Origin: Phaeosaccion multiseriatum
Taxonomy: Eukaryota; Protista; Ochrophyta, other classes
Length of the DNA: 64,000 nucleotides
Direction: 5' to 3'
Assembly (NCBI GenBank): GCA_965112735.1
Contig: OZ218953.1
Coordinates: 682,001-746,000 of the forward strand
Part shown: positions 1-14,000 of the stretch, piece after piece
Numbering within the stretch: position 1 is the stretch's first letter
Layout: each line of letters starts with the position of its first letter
Program-made: the position numbers and the translations under genes
The notes under the pieces: model-generated
Databases searched by the model: none
What the model was told of the DNA's origin: nothing
Seen by the model: only the letters and a program-made list of their open reading frames with translations

Positions 1-174
1 TGTGTGTAAAGCAAATCACAAACATAATCAACCAATCAACCAACCAACCAGCCAACCAATAGACTGCGAGAAACCACCCCCCCCCTCTCTTGTTGGTCGT
101 TCGTGTCCGTGCAAAAGCCTTCTCCTATCCACTGTCCTCGTCACGATACCCACCCACCCACGCCACGTACCCAC

Positions 175-3100
175 CTGAAAGCCCTCCTCAATCTGTCCGC
201 GCACCCCCGGCCCGTCGAGGCCCAACTCTGCCAAGGCGGGCCCAATCCCGAGCTCCTCCTCCTCCTGCCCGACAGCCACGCCACTCGTGTCCACGCCTCG
301 CTCGGCCGCCGCAGTAAGTCTCTCGAGCTGGGCAAACACGGCTGCCGAGACAGCGAAGGCAGACACATCTTGCTGCACGCCGCGATAACGCCCCGTGGTG
401 AGCGTGGGAGAGTAGAAGGCCCCCCTAGACAGCCGCTGAAGTTGCCGCATCATGGCTTTCACGTTCCTGCGAACGACCTCTTCGGACGGCGCGTGTGGGG
501 AGCCCCTGTTCTCCGCTTCATCAGTTGGTGATACGCCACCACCACCACCAGCAGCAGCACCGGCGGCAGTCTTTCCTCTTCCAGGGGTTGAGTGAGCGCC
601 AGGAGTTGCTGCTGCTGCTCCTGAACGCGGGTTCACCCTTCGCGGCGTGACAGGTGGTGCTGCCCCGTCCCCGTTACCCCAGCGAGTTACTGCTGTGGAT
701 GTTTGTGCTCCACCACTGGCACTGGTGTTCGACCAGTTGGTTGACCAGCTGTTACCACCCACTCCTGCCCGTCTCCCGATACCCACCCCGCCCGCTATTG
801 CACTCTCTTTCGCAGCAGCTTCCTGCATGCCTGCTCCTCCTCCCCCCTCTTGTGGTGGTGGTTGGGGTGTCTTCTCCTTCCTCTGGCCCCTTCTTCGAGG
901 CAGCAAACCCTCTACCTCGGTGTCCACTAGGAAGGGTTGCATGTAAGCCTACCAAGACCAAGACACAGATGACAACATCGTGAGTGAGCTGATGACAACA
1001 TTGTGAGTGAGTGAGTGGACTAGAGCTAGAGAGCCTAGACGAGGAAGAAGACAGACACAGACCACAGCATCGCATCCTGACTGAGTGAACAGAGCTACTC
1101 TACTATACTCTACCCTACCCTACCCTACCCTACCCTACCCTACCCTACCCTGCCCTACCCTGCCCTACCCTGCCCTACCCTGCCCTACCCTACTCTACTC
1201 TACCCTATACCCTATCACGCAGCCACGCTGCTCCAAACACTCTCTATCCCTAGACCTCTTCCCTCAGAGTAATCAGTCAAGTTCCGCTTGAGAGTTCGAG
1301 ATGGGAAGTGCCCAGTGTGTCAAAGTCAGTCGAGTCGATCGAGTGAGATTCAGTGAGAAGGAACAGCCGAGTCAACCGAGGAGGTGAGATTCGTGGCACG
1401 CACCTCGAACTCCCTCCTGGCGTCTCCCCGCTCCTCTTCCAGCAGCGTGCTCGGCACTGCAAAGGCCTGCGCAGTTCTGTAAAACTCCTCCGGCACGCCA
1501 CTCCCGTCTGCTGCCATCTGCTGCTGCTCCCCGATGAACGGCACACCTCCCCCAAAGCCGTCTAGACCGTCCCTCCACTTCCCTCTCCGATGGCTTCCCC
1601 CTCCCATGCCTCCGGTGCTCCCCCTAACACCCCGTCCGTACCGGAGGCCCATGGCCGCCTCTTGAAGGAGGCCGACCGTCGCGGCATCGTCCTCCTCCTC
1701 ATCCTCCGGGCCATTCTCCACCTCGTCCCAAGGGCCCAGTCGGCCGAGAACGTTCCTCGCTCTCGAAGACAAGACCCGTACGTATCTTCGCAGCGGAGTG
1801 CCGTGACCACCAGCACCACCACCATCCGCGCCATCAACGCGGCTGCTTCGAAAGGGAGACGCGGAGGCAGCGTTAGAGTTGGTTCTACTCATCATACTCG
1901 GGGTGATGGGAGCTGTGCTGCCCTTGCTGCTGCTGCTGCTGCTGCCGTCCCTGCTGCTACTGGCCCCGCCGAAGCCGTGGAAGGACAGCGCCTTCCCCAT
2001 ACTCATCCTCCGCTGCTGCTGTTGCTGCTGCTGCTGCGAGTGCTGCCCGCCTGTCAGTGGCACCCTCTCCGTCCCCAACCCCAAACCCTCGTCTCGGTCT
2101 CGCAGCAGCAGCGTTGCGTGCCTCTGCCCACCTACCTGCCCATCTCGAACGATGGGCAGGCCATAGCCCGGCGCCGGCGCTGATATGGACGTTGAGAGAG
2201 GCAGCGGTCCGGACCCCGGGGCTGCGGGCCCTACCGCCCCTGCTCCTGTCCCTGTCCCGGACATCGTTGCAAACCGATCGCGGCGGGGGCCAGAGGAGCC
2301 GAACCCGACGCCTTCGCTGCTGCCTCCCCCGTCGTCTCCGTCCGACGGAGGAGACGTCGGCGCCCCTTCTGCCCTGCTTATCGCTCCCGCTGTTCCTGCT
2401 GCTAGTGCTGCTGCTACTGCGGAAGATGAGGCAGAGACGGGGGCAGGGGAAGCGCCCGCCAAAGCCAAGGCCAAGGAGGCGGTGGTCGGTGTGCTGCCGC
2501 CTCGATACATGCCTCCCCCGCCGTCGATCGGGCGATACGTATTCAACGCATCCGCACCGCCACTGCCGTTGTTGCCAGCGCTCAGCGGAGTGCCGCCCCC
2601 CATGTTGATGGTGTTGGCAAAAGGATGGGCAAGTGCTTCGTCAAAGAAAGTGAGCGCGTAGGGCTCGTGAGTACGAACAAAGCGCGTCGGGAGCTGCCCC
2701 TGCTTGGGCGGACCCAAGTGCATCCACATACGCTTCTGCATGTAGCGCTGCAGAGCGTCTTGCCACCACTCGGATTCGATCGCCCGCTGCCATTGGATCA
2801 GTCGCAGCACCCTTCTCCGCCGAGATGCCATCCGAGCGATTCTCTCCTTGTCAATCATTCCGCTGAGAGTCCAATGCATTTTGCTGTTGTGCTCCTCACC
2901 TCCTCCATATCCCCTCTCTCCTTCTCCTCCTCCTCCTCCTCCTCCTCCTCCTCCTCCATCCACACCTCCCCCCCTTAGCTCATATGCACCCCTCTTCGAT
3001 GTCGGAGCCAAGATATGATCAGCTCCAAACCGACCAACCTCCTCACTCCTTCTCTCCTCTTGCATATTTACAACTGTCATTGCGCCCCCTCCTCCTTCTC

Positions 3101-3701
3101 CTCCTCCTCTTCTTCCTCCTCCCCCTCCTCTTCCTCCTCCTCCCTCACCTCTTCCTCCTCCTCCTCCTCTTCCCCGTCCCCCTCCACCACCACCACCATT
3201 CTCGTACCCGTCCTCCTGAGCATCGAAGAATCCTTCCCCGTCATGCTCAGTCATAGTCGCCATCCTCCCCGCCTCTTGCATCACGTGGCTGAACGTCGTT
3301 TTGGTCTCCCTCAACAGCGCTGCCTGCTTCTCCTGATCCATGTTCTGCTGTACTGACTGAGGACGCAGATGCTCCGCCCCGTCGCCGCTGCTGATGCTGC
3401 TGCTGCCCTTACTCCCCTCTCCACTGTCGGATGGACCCGGTCGGATACGCGCTCCTGCTCCTCCTGCTCCTCCTCCTCCTCCTCCTCCTCCTCCTCCTCC
3501 TCCTCCTGCTCCTCCTCCTCCTCCTGCTCCCCCTCCTCCCTCTTCTCCTCCTCCTCCCCCGCTACCGCCACCACCCCCGCCGATGCCGGTACCACTCGTC
3601 CCCTCTCCTTCCTCCTCCATGTCGCTTCCCTTGAGAGGCCCCATGCCCACCCCGGGGTCAACCTTTTAGAAACCAAGAGGGGGAGAGAGAGAGGAGGAAG
3701 G

Positions 3702-3744
<43 letters not shown>

Positions 3745-4670
3745 AGGGAGGGAGGGAGGGGGGGAGGGGAGGAAATTAAGAGAGAGGAGGAGGATAAAAA
3801 CAGAGAGAGAGAACGAGAGAGAGAAAGGAGGATAGAACGAGAGAGAGAAACAGAGAGAAAAGGAGAGAGAAACGAGACGGTGGGTTGGGGCGAACGGTAA
3901 GGGGGTTTATAAGTACAATGGGAGGGGGTAAGCTTGCTGCTTGCTGTGGGAGTGGTGACGGCAAAGCTTGAGACACTGCTGCTGCTGCTGCTTTCCACAG
4001 GACCGGTGCTGTATCACCAACTGCTGAAGGTGCCCTCACCTCAGGATAGTAGACCTTCTTTTTGTACTCCCTCATGCTTTGCAACACGCCCTCCTATCGA
4101 CGGCACATAGCAGCGAGCAGAGAGCAGAGGAAAGTTGAAATAATGTGATGGATTACAGACCAAGCCATGAGCACCAAGGAGGGAAGGAGGGAGGGAGGAA
4201 GGGAGGAAGGAAGGAAGGGAGGAAGGGAGGGAGGGACAGAGAGAGGGAGGAATTCAATGCAAATGCACAGACAACAAGTCTTCTATCACTTGATGAGGAA
4301 TCCACTACCCCCTCTCTCACTCTGTCCCGCACCCCACATACCCACCTACCCACCCACGCACCCAACCAAACCAACCCATCCACCCACCCGCCTACCTCTA
4401 CATTGGCATTGTGCAGATAATAGTCACTCTCCAACTCCCACAGGGGCTGCTCGTGGCCCGGCTCCCACGGAATGAAGGTGCCCAGAAAAAGGTTAATAGA
4501 ATCCTGCTTGAGTCTGTCGGTGAAGGTGTTGCTATAATAGCGTCGGATGGAGGTCACCAGCTCTTTGTGTTTGGGCATTAGCATGGTGCCTCGCTGCTCG
4601 CTCTGACCTCGACTACCGTTGGAGACCTTTTTGAAGAGTGTTGTGGAGTGTGGAGAAGTGAGGAGGAGGA

Positions 4671-4701
<31 letters not shown>

Positions 4702-6320
4702 GAGGAGGAGGAGGAGGAGGAGGAGGAGGAGGAGGAGGATGATGATGATGATGAGGAGGAGGAGGAGGAGGAGGAGGAGGAGCAGGAGGAGGAGGCAAGC
4801 TCTTTTGTGACGTGCATGCAAATACCTCCCCCTTCTTCCCCTCGTCCCCTTCTCTTCCTCCCACCCCCCCTACCCTCCCATCACCTGCCCCTTGCCCGCA
4901 TGCTGCCTGTCTATCTGCCTGCCTGTCTGCCTGCCTGCCTGCCTGACTCCACCGACCTTCTTGTGTGCCTCGCTGCCTCCGTACTGCAGCGCGATCGAGT
5001 CTCCCACTTCAGAGTACATTTGCTTCAGCACGAGTACCACCTGCAGCAGTTGGTGATACGGCAAGCAGCAGCACCACCAAGCCACATGAGAGGGGTGTGT
5101 TCGGGGCGTATCGGGACTGGCGTCCTCACGCACGCCTTTCCGTGTTCGAGCAGTTTCAGTTGATGCTGTACCTACCTGATTTGATGCGTCCAGCGTTGGC
5201 GATGCACTCACTCCCATGACGAAGAGCTGCTGGCCGAGGGCATGCACCCTAGCCAAAGGGACAAGAGCAGCAGTGGGTGATACAGAATGTGCAGGAGTTG
5301 GTGATGCAGCAGCAGCAGCGGTGGCGGCAGCAAGGGGGGGGGGGCAGGGAAGAAGGGACGCGCACACTTCCGTCTTCGGCTTCCGTCGGTTTCGCTGCGA
5401 TTGGTCGACGATCGGTCGCCCAGAAAAGAGATCAATAGACCGAATTCATACACCGAATATATCAGACCTTCTTCTCTTCTCTTCGCAATCCAACACAACA
5501 CAACGCAAGGGCCCGCACACATGGGTAAGTGTCTGATAGATGCATCGGATCATTCAACCCCCCTACCCACCCACACTCACTCACCCTACGCTGAACTGCG
5601 CCACATTCGTCCTGTCCAAGCAGTCGATACAGTTGGTTCTTAGCACGCCCTTCTGCTCCATCGCCATCGGAATGCCGCCCCCTCCTCCTCCTCCTAAGCC
5701 CATTGAGGGTCCCATCGGAGGGAAGGGCACACTCTGGTTGTGAATACCGCCGCTGCTGCGACTACTACTGTTGACGGCGCTGACGCTGCCACTCCGCCTC
5801 CGTCTGCCTTCCACACCGTCGGGGGTGGCGCTTGCTCGGCGCGACGTGACATCGGCAGTGGAAGACCTTCGACGGTTGCCGGTACCACCTCTCTCCTCCC
5901 CCTTTTCGGCGGCAAACTTCACGGCGGATCTGCTTTCATCTCCACTTTGCCCTCCTCCGCCAACGCTGCCCTTCCTCCTGTCCTTACTGCCTCTGCTGCT
6001 GCTGCTGCTGCTTCCCTTACTCCTCTTGCCCAAGCCCTCTCCCCCACTTTTGCCTCTGCCTTTACCCTTGCCCAGCCCTCCCCCCCCTCCTCCTCCTCCT
6101 CCTCCTCGCTGCTTCTTCTTGGTCTTGTGGGTATGATCGCTGCCAAGCCTGCGCTGTGGGGCGCTGCAGAAGAGCCCTACTTGCTTCAGAGCCCAGTCCG
6201 CCACCACCTCAAGAGCCTACCCAACGCACAGACAGGTAGAGAGGCCGACAGACAGGCAGACACACAGACAGGCAGGCAGGCAGGCAGACAGACAAGAGAC
6301 GAGAGAGAGAGAGACATGAG

Positions 6321-6351
<31 letters not shown>

Positions 6352-9300
6352 CGAAGAGAGAGAAGATAGAGGGAGGAGAGTGAGACGAGAGGTATGAGAG
6401 CGAGGACAGAGCAACGGAGGGCGAGGGCGAGAGCAAGGGAAAGGGTGAGAGCAGACCAACAGAAGGCGAGGATGGGGGGGAAAAGCGCGGAAGAAGGAGT
6501 GTAGAGAGAAAATCGTAGGTGGAGGGGGCCCACCCCACCCCACCCCACACACGCACGCACGCACACACGCACGCACGCACACGGACCTGAAAGACGTTGA
6601 CATTGCCATCTGTGAGCTTGCTTAGGTGGGAGTAATCGAGGGCACAGTAGCGGATCTGGTGGTCCCCCTGTGCGATGGTGGCATTGATGTTCTCGATAGC
6701 TCTGCGGTACTCCCTCCCCACGATCACCTCCCTCTCCCGCCTCTCCACCTGTCAAAGACAATGCCAGTAGGTCCAGTTTCAGTTTCACCAGTTCCGTCAG
6801 TTTCAGTATGCCCACGTAAACGAAGACCAATGTCGACATCGATATCGATCACCCCAACCCACTCACCCACCCACCCACTCACCTGCTTGACAAGGTCCAA
6901 GACGAGTACCGGGGAGCCGTAACGCTCGAGCAGGTCGCCGAAGTGGGCTTGACTCGCCGAGTACGACGGGTCCACGCGGTTCAGCACGATGGGCGGCTTG
7001 GGCATCGTAACGCTGCTCTCCTGTGTAAGGGTTGGCAGTGGATGGCAGTGGATGGCAGTGGATGGGGGGGGGGAGGGGTGATGGCAGTGGATCGGGGGCA
7101 GGGGGGTAGGCGTGGGTGGGAGAGCAGTGGATATCTGGGAGGGGGGGGGGGGTTCAGCACAAGAGCCGCAGTCTAGGGCAGGCTGTCGCAGCGTATGGCA
7201 CAAACGGCGTGTGGTGGAGGACACAGCTACAGAACTCTGCTCGCAGCCCTCGGCCTTCAGCTCTCGAGCCTAACCCAATCTCCAAAGCGAGCTTAGTACA
7301 TACAGCAGTAGTGCGAGCCGTGATCGCGCGCGTGCGTGCATGCGTGTATGCTTGGGTCACTCACTCACTCACTGACTCACCTGCGTCCAGAAGGTGGGAA
7401 TGGAGCCCCTCATCTGCAGGAAGGAACTGAATACGCCCTCCTTGATGCTCTCGGTGTGCGCGATTTGCTCCACCTCCACGTCGTTGGCCACGTGTCCGCT
7501 GTCGCTCACGCCTTCCAATGGGAGGGCGGGGGGGGGTAGGGTAAAGGCGTTACGGATACGGTTAGGGGGGTGGAGAGGACGGTGGATTGGGATGGGTACC
7601 GCACACACGCCGCACACACGTACACGTAGACGAACGCCCACGGACGCCCACGCCCACACACACACGCACCCACGCACGCACACACACACAAACTCAAACT
7701 CACACTAACCTCGCTTGAGATAACGCGTGCCGGCAAAGTGCCTGGAGCGGCGTGCGAGGACGGTGAGGTTCAGGATACGGCCGAACTGACTGCAGCGCCG
7801 CTGAATGAAGGCTCCATGCACAATGGGCTGCACCCAGAAGGACGAGTTGAGGTGCCCTACGAGGGCCTCCAGCTCTCTAGTCTGGTAGAAGTTCCAGGCG
7901 TACATGTCCTGTTATAGTGCAGGGTACGTTGTGATGGGATAGGGAGATGTGAGTGACAGGCGCTAGGAAGGAGGGAGGAGGAGGAGGAGGAGGAGGAGGA
8001 GGAGGAGGAGGAGGAGGAGGAGAGGGGTTGATGGCAGTGGATGAATGGCTGGCGATTCATTGCCTCACTGCTTTGCCTCCCTCCCTCCCTCCCTCCTTCC
8101 CTCCCTCCCCCCCTCTGTATCACCAACTCCCTCACCTTGAAGGGCGGGGGTGGGAAGGTCTTGCTCGTGGCCGCAGTCATATTGTGCTGCAGACTGTTGG
8201 TAAGGTCGTACGTGTACGAAAAGAAAAAGTCCTTAGTAAGGTCCACGAACTGAAACATGGCCAGGTACCGAGCCTCGGCAATCTCCAGGGGGGTGGGGTT
8301 GAACCTTCGATTGACCGTATTCCACAGGCTAAACAGGCCGCCACCGCCAGCGTTGCTACTGCCCTGCTGGTCCTGTTGCTGCTGAGAGAAGGGGTGCGCC
8401 TGGCTGCTCCCACCTGCACCCCCGCTGCTGCTGCTGCTGCTGCTACCGAAGACACCCCCTCCTCCTCCTCCTCCTCCTCCTCCCGTGCCTGTGCCTGCCC
8501 CGCTCCCAGGCACTCCGGCGGCAGCTGGGTTTCTGCGATGGGATGGGATGGGATGGAATTTAATGGTATGAAGGACGGGGAGGGCGTGTGAGCCGCACAG
8601 ATGAGAAGGAGAAAGTGGATGGATGCTGTGCACACTAACGAAGCCCTCCGTGGCAGCAAATGGAGCGTCGACGGGGAAGGGCCACGTGTCCACGTACACG
8701 GCCACCCACTCAGATCACACATACACAAACACGAACACACAACCCACGCACCTGCCAGAGCCCTTCTCCTGCTGCACGGGCCGAATGGCGAACATCTGCG
8801 TCTCTTTGATGCAGTACACGAAGTTCCCTCCAATGGATCCCACGAGGCGGCGCTGCGTGATGAGGTTCAGGTAGTAGCAGTCCAGGAACTTGACGAAGCC
8901 CTGTGAGTGGTTGACATAGTGAGGCGTGTTATGTGAGTCGTTGTCATTTGTGAGTGAGGCGTGTTGGTAACGTGCGTCATCGTCATTTGTGAGTGAGGCG
9001 AGTTATATGTGTGGTGCACGTGGTGGTGTTCGTGCGTGATGACGAGAGGGAGGAGAGCCGGAGGGGGGGAGAGGACAGAAGAAGGGGGAGGGGGGTGAGG
9101 GAGGTTAGGCAGGAGAGGGAGAAGGCACATGGGCAGGCACGGTACAGGGTTGGCACGGCTGAGTCAGTGCAGCTCCTTCCTTGGCTCGCCCTCCCTCTCT
9201 CCCTCCCTCCCTCCTGCTCACCCACTCACCCACCCACCCATTGGCATACTACACCCACCCACCCACCCACCCATTGACATACTGCACCTACTCACCACAA

Positions 9301-10619
9301 TGCCGTAGCCTGTGATCACCTTGCGTAGACCCGAGCTGCCCATGCTCTTGTTGCCCTCATGCACCATTTGAAGCATCTCGAGCATATCCTGCGGACTGTA
9401 CACGATGGGGTCCTCGCAGCAAATGTCCAGCAGCACCGCACTCGCAGAGGGACCTAAGCCAGTGCCTCCTCCTGCTGCTGCCCCTCCCCCCCCCCCTCCA
9501 CCGGCGGCTCCTATCGAAGTGAAGAACGGGAAGGAGAGGGCGGTAGAGAGAGAGAGAGGGGGGGAGGGAGAAGTGTTGCGTATGTATTTCATGCATGTGA
9601 GTATGCATGCTCAGCCCACTGTTGGGGCGTGGTCACAATGCCTCTCGCTTCCGTGGGATGTGGTTGGAGCACACCACGCAGCGAGGGGTGGGGTGGGATT
9701 TGCCTTGTCTTGCCAACCTTTCTTGTCACTCGCTCACTCACTTACCCGAAGCGTGGGCGTTGATCTCCCTCCTGTCAATCTTGAGCACTCTGTACTGCGA
9801 CTCCATCTTGTCGCAGCCGATCAGGTACATGTGGGAAGAGGTTTCGTAGAGAGTGAACATCTCAAGCTTCGACACCACCGGCTCCAGAGTGGCCTCGGCG
9901 TGGACCTGCGGCGGCTTCGACTTCGGCTTCGTCTTCGGCTTCTGCTGCTGCTTCTGATTCTGCTTCTTTCCGCTGTGCTTCTTTTTCTTGTACTTGGTGG
10001 TGCTGGGCGGTGCTGAGGTGGAGGGTGATTTCCCTTGGCCGGGCAGCAGCGGCACCTCTTGTGGCGCTCCTACCGATGGTGTGGCTGCAGCGGCGAGGTC
10101 GTGCCCCTCCTTGTCACCTGCTACGCCCTCCTCAGCAGCAGCACCAGCGCCAGCGTCAGTGTCAGCGTCAGTAATGGCAGCATCCGGACCCGCAGCACCA
10201 CCAACAGCAGCAGCAGAGGCATCATCCGTATCAGCGTCCCCATCAGCGACAGCGTCGTCCTTCGGAGTCACTTTCGCGACTGCTTGGTCAGGAGGAGGAT
10301 CACGATTATTATCTCGACCCAGGCTAAAAATCCTCTGCAAGTAAGAGCCTTTCCTCTTCAGTGGAACGCCGGGGTCGGTGGCAGCCGAGACCTCCCGCGA
10401 CCTGTTCCCACCTCCTTCTCTCTCATCGACAGCAGTAGCCTCGTCTACCCTCTTCCCTCCTGGATCCTCCTCTGCCTTCTTCCCTCCTCGATCCTCCTCC
10501 TTCTCCTCCTGTCCCGCGGCCCTGCTTAGCTCTTGCGCTTGGTTCCGTGCTTTGCTCTCGGGGAGCTTCCCTGCATTGGGCGGCGATCTCCTGTCTTTCT
10601 TCTTCTTCTTACCGCCCAT
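175..10619 (-). CDS. FIG4: Polyphosphoinositide phosphatase FIG4/Sac3 (SAC domain), multi-exon; 3' end continues beyond the left edge
   Basis: Exons carry diagnostic SAC/FIG4 motifs in order: [14 protein letters not shown] (~9820), [18 protein letters not shown] (~8850-8900), [20 protein letters not shown] (~8180-8240), [17 protein letters not shown] (~7710-7760), [12 protein letters not shown] and [12 protein letters not shown] (~7380-7500), [12 protein letters not shown] (~6920), catalytic CX5RT motif [12 protein letters not shown] (~5605-5645), ALQYGGS (~4980), [20 protein letters not shown] (~4485-4550). GT-AG introns separate them. ATG at 10619. Confidence 0.93.
1095..1212. repeat. (CTACC/CTGCC)n pentanucleotide microsatellite in a FIG4 intron
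   Basis: Direct reading of tandem taccc/tgccc units. Confidence 0.9.
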
Positions 10620-11025
10620 GCTGCTGCTCTAAGCCCCTGGAGGAGAAAAATTGGGGAGACGGAAGAGCTTGCAAAAAAAAGGGCAAAAAACTTAAGTTTA
10701 TGCAGATGGCACTGGATGGCCATGAATGTTCGCTGTCAGCTGCATTGTGTTCGTTTATCACCCCACACCCCACACGGCCGTCCACCACACCGTCCACCAC
10801 CACCCGTGACAAGTAGTAACTTCGCCGCCCCCCAACCTTCAACCTCCAGTTAGTTGCGCTCCGAAGGGAGAAGAAGGAAGGGAGTGGTGGGAGGGGAAAG
10901 TCGTTAGCGCTTCAGCATCCACCTGCTCTAAAGAGGGGGCCGGTTATCCTCTCGACTCTGAAGACGAAGGGGACCTTTTTGTCCCCATCCCCATCTGCTC
11001 GACTTGGACGTGTTGCCATCGCATC

Positions 11026-14000
11026 ATGCTGCGCCACGTGCCGAAACGACCCCGGAGAAAAACGCACGCGTGGAAGGCAATCGGCGGATGGGGCGGGGGG
11101 AAGGCTGTGGTACAGGCGTGCTCGTCAGTATTGCATGCCGGAAGAAGGTCAGGGTGGCAAAGGAGCTTGAGTAGCAGCAGGAGCAGGGGACGCTACGAAG
11201 CACGCGCTCAACGAACGACCTCAGCAGCAACACCAGCAGCATCAGCACTCACAGAACAATCATGCCTGGCTCACAACACAACGCAGCAGCGACCATGGCG
11301 TGGGGATCCTTGGGGAAGCAGGTCCGAACCGAGCCCCCTCTTGTGCAGGAGGCAGCAGGCACAGCAGCAGCAGCGGTGGCTCCAGCTGGAGTTTCCCTCT
11401 CTGGATCAACATCGATCCTTGCACGCCATAGGAGGGCAGGGAGGAAGCCTTGCATGCTCCCCAGTGCCCGGCAGTAGAGCATCCTTGGACAACGCTCTCC
11501 GCTTGCGCTCGTCACGGACCTGGACGTCGGAAGGAGGAGCGGCAGTAGCGGCAGCTTTGGCGGCGGCGGTGGTGCTGTCGAAGGACGACGGAGCCGGCTG
11601 CCGTGGAGAGGCACGGTGTGAAGGAGAGCCCCCATACGAGGGGAGGGGGGCATCAGGGGCAAGGAGAAGAGGCGGGCGAGCCTACGTGCTCGCAAGACCA
11701 CGTACAGCCGTCAACCGTAAGCTGCCACCTCCCCCCTTGTCGTCCTCAGGCCCGTCCCTCCCATCGGCAGCCCTGCTCTTCGGCACCCTCCAACCCCACC
11801 AGCACCAGCACCAGCACCAGCCGACGACGACACAACAGGGGCTGCTAGGGCCATCCTCAACAGCTGGGGGCCCCTTTCAGCACTGCACTCTCAGATCCGA
11901 TATAAAAACACGTCAGATGCACCTCAGGGAGCAGGCGGGGGGCGGAGTCAGAGCGGTGAGGGAGATGGAAGACGCCCTAGGCAAGGGCAGTGGCGCTCTC
12001 GCTGCAGAGGCGGGAGACATTAGCGACCGCTACTTGCTGGGGGCAGTGTTAGGGGAGGGGGGCTTTGCGAGCGTGGTTCAGGGGGTGTGTAAGAAGACGG
12101 GCAATCATGTTGCGGTCAAGGTGTTTAGCAAGAAGAACATTGGAAAGGGGGATTTCATGAAGGAGGTGAGTGAGGGAGCAAGGGGACTGGTGATGATTCC
12201 ATTCGGAGGGAGGGCAAGCTTGGTGGCCGGCCAACAGCGAGTGCGGCGTGTCCTCGATGCTGCCCTGCGGAGGATAGAGCTGCGGTCTGACGGACCCTCT
12301 CCCCCTCTCTGCCCCCCTCTCTCTTGCCTCCTCTGCCTCTTTCTCTCCTCCTCTCTTTCCCTTCTATCCCTCTCCTCTCTCTTTCTACTCGTGTGGATCG
12401 CTTCCCGCTCCTCCTCCTCCTCCTCCACCCCCTCCTCTCGCCCCCGGCATGTACCACTCATGGTCCATGGGCAAACGCTGCGTCGATGGATCGATGCATC
12501 CATCGCCCGAAACCCCCCCTTCCCTTCTCTGCTTAGGTGGGGGCATTGCGAGTCATTCACGGTAAGCGGCAGCAGCAGGCCGTAGTAGCAGCGACTGAGG
12601 CACATACGAACGGCCTCATAGAGCGTGGGGATGAGTGCAGGACGTTCCTCGTCGCGACGATTTGTCTCTAATCTCTGCCCCTCTCCGTCCCTCTCTCTGC
12701 TCTGTTTTTCTCCCTCTCTCTAACCCTTTGCCTCTCTTTCTGTTTTCTTCTCTCGATGTCTCCCTTCCCCTCCTCTCTTTCTCTCCCTCCCTCTCTGTCT
12801 CTCTCTCTCCTCATCTCCCTGCACCGCCTTTGACTCGGTCCTATCCCTCCAGAGAACGGCGGACACCCGAATATCGCAGGAGTGGACGAGGTATATGAGG
12901 ACGATGAGAACTACTACCTCATCATGGAGATGGTTATGGTGAGTGAGTGAGTGAGTGAGTGACTGAGTGATGGATGGCAGTCAATGGTCAGAAGAGGGAT
13001 GGCAGTCGATGGGAGTGGGGGGAATGGGCAATTTCCGTCCTCGATTTTCAACCTCGACGACCTCTACTTTTGTCTCCTTCAGGGCGGGGAGATGTTCGAA
13101 CACTTGGTCCGTAACGGTGCGTATTCGGAGCGCACAGCGGCGTTGCTTATCAGGGACCTCGGCTGCGGTCTCCAGTGGCTGCACGACACTTGTCACCTAG
13201 TGCATGCAGATCTAAAGGTGGGTGTAGTATGTCAATGCATGGCTGGATGGGTGGGTGGTACGTCAATGGATGGATGAATGAGTGGATGGTTTGGTGGTGG
13301 GTGGGTGGATGGGTAGGTGGGTGGATGGTATGTCAATGAATGGATGGATGGATGAGTGCATGGGTGGGTGGGCACTCGATGGACGCTCAACAAGGCACTA
13401 GTACTGCTCGAAGCGTTAAGCTCTTCCTTCCCTCTCTTCTCTCGGCATCTCCCACCCCCCCCCCCGCCCCCTGGCCCCGCTCATCTCCGCCACCCACTGC
13501 CATCCGTCGACCCACCCCACCCCACCCTCCAGCCCGAAAACCTCATGCTCTCAAGCTGGGACGACAACACCGCCGTGCTCAAGCTCGTCGACTTTGGGTG
13601 CACAGGGCCGGCCTACCGCGAGCAACCCCCGGGCTCGTCTGGCACGACCGTGTACTGGCCCCCTGAGATGATGAAGAACCACCACTATAAGCTGTCGCCA
13701 GCCATGGATATGTGGGCGGTGGGGGTTACTCTCTACATCATGCTCACAGGTGGGTGGGGTCGGGTGGGGTGGGGTGGGGTGGGGTGGGTTGGGTGAGGAA
13801 GCTAGGGGGTGTTGGGTGATAGGAGCATTCACTTCCTTTTATGTTTACCTACCTGTACCCATACACCTGCCTATCTCCCATCGATCTGATACCCTGTACC
13901 CTCACCTGACACCCGGTACTGCTACCCGAAACCCCATACCCCCTATATACTCTCTATGTCCTTTAACCTGTACCCAGGTATGCACCCGTTCGACCTGTAC

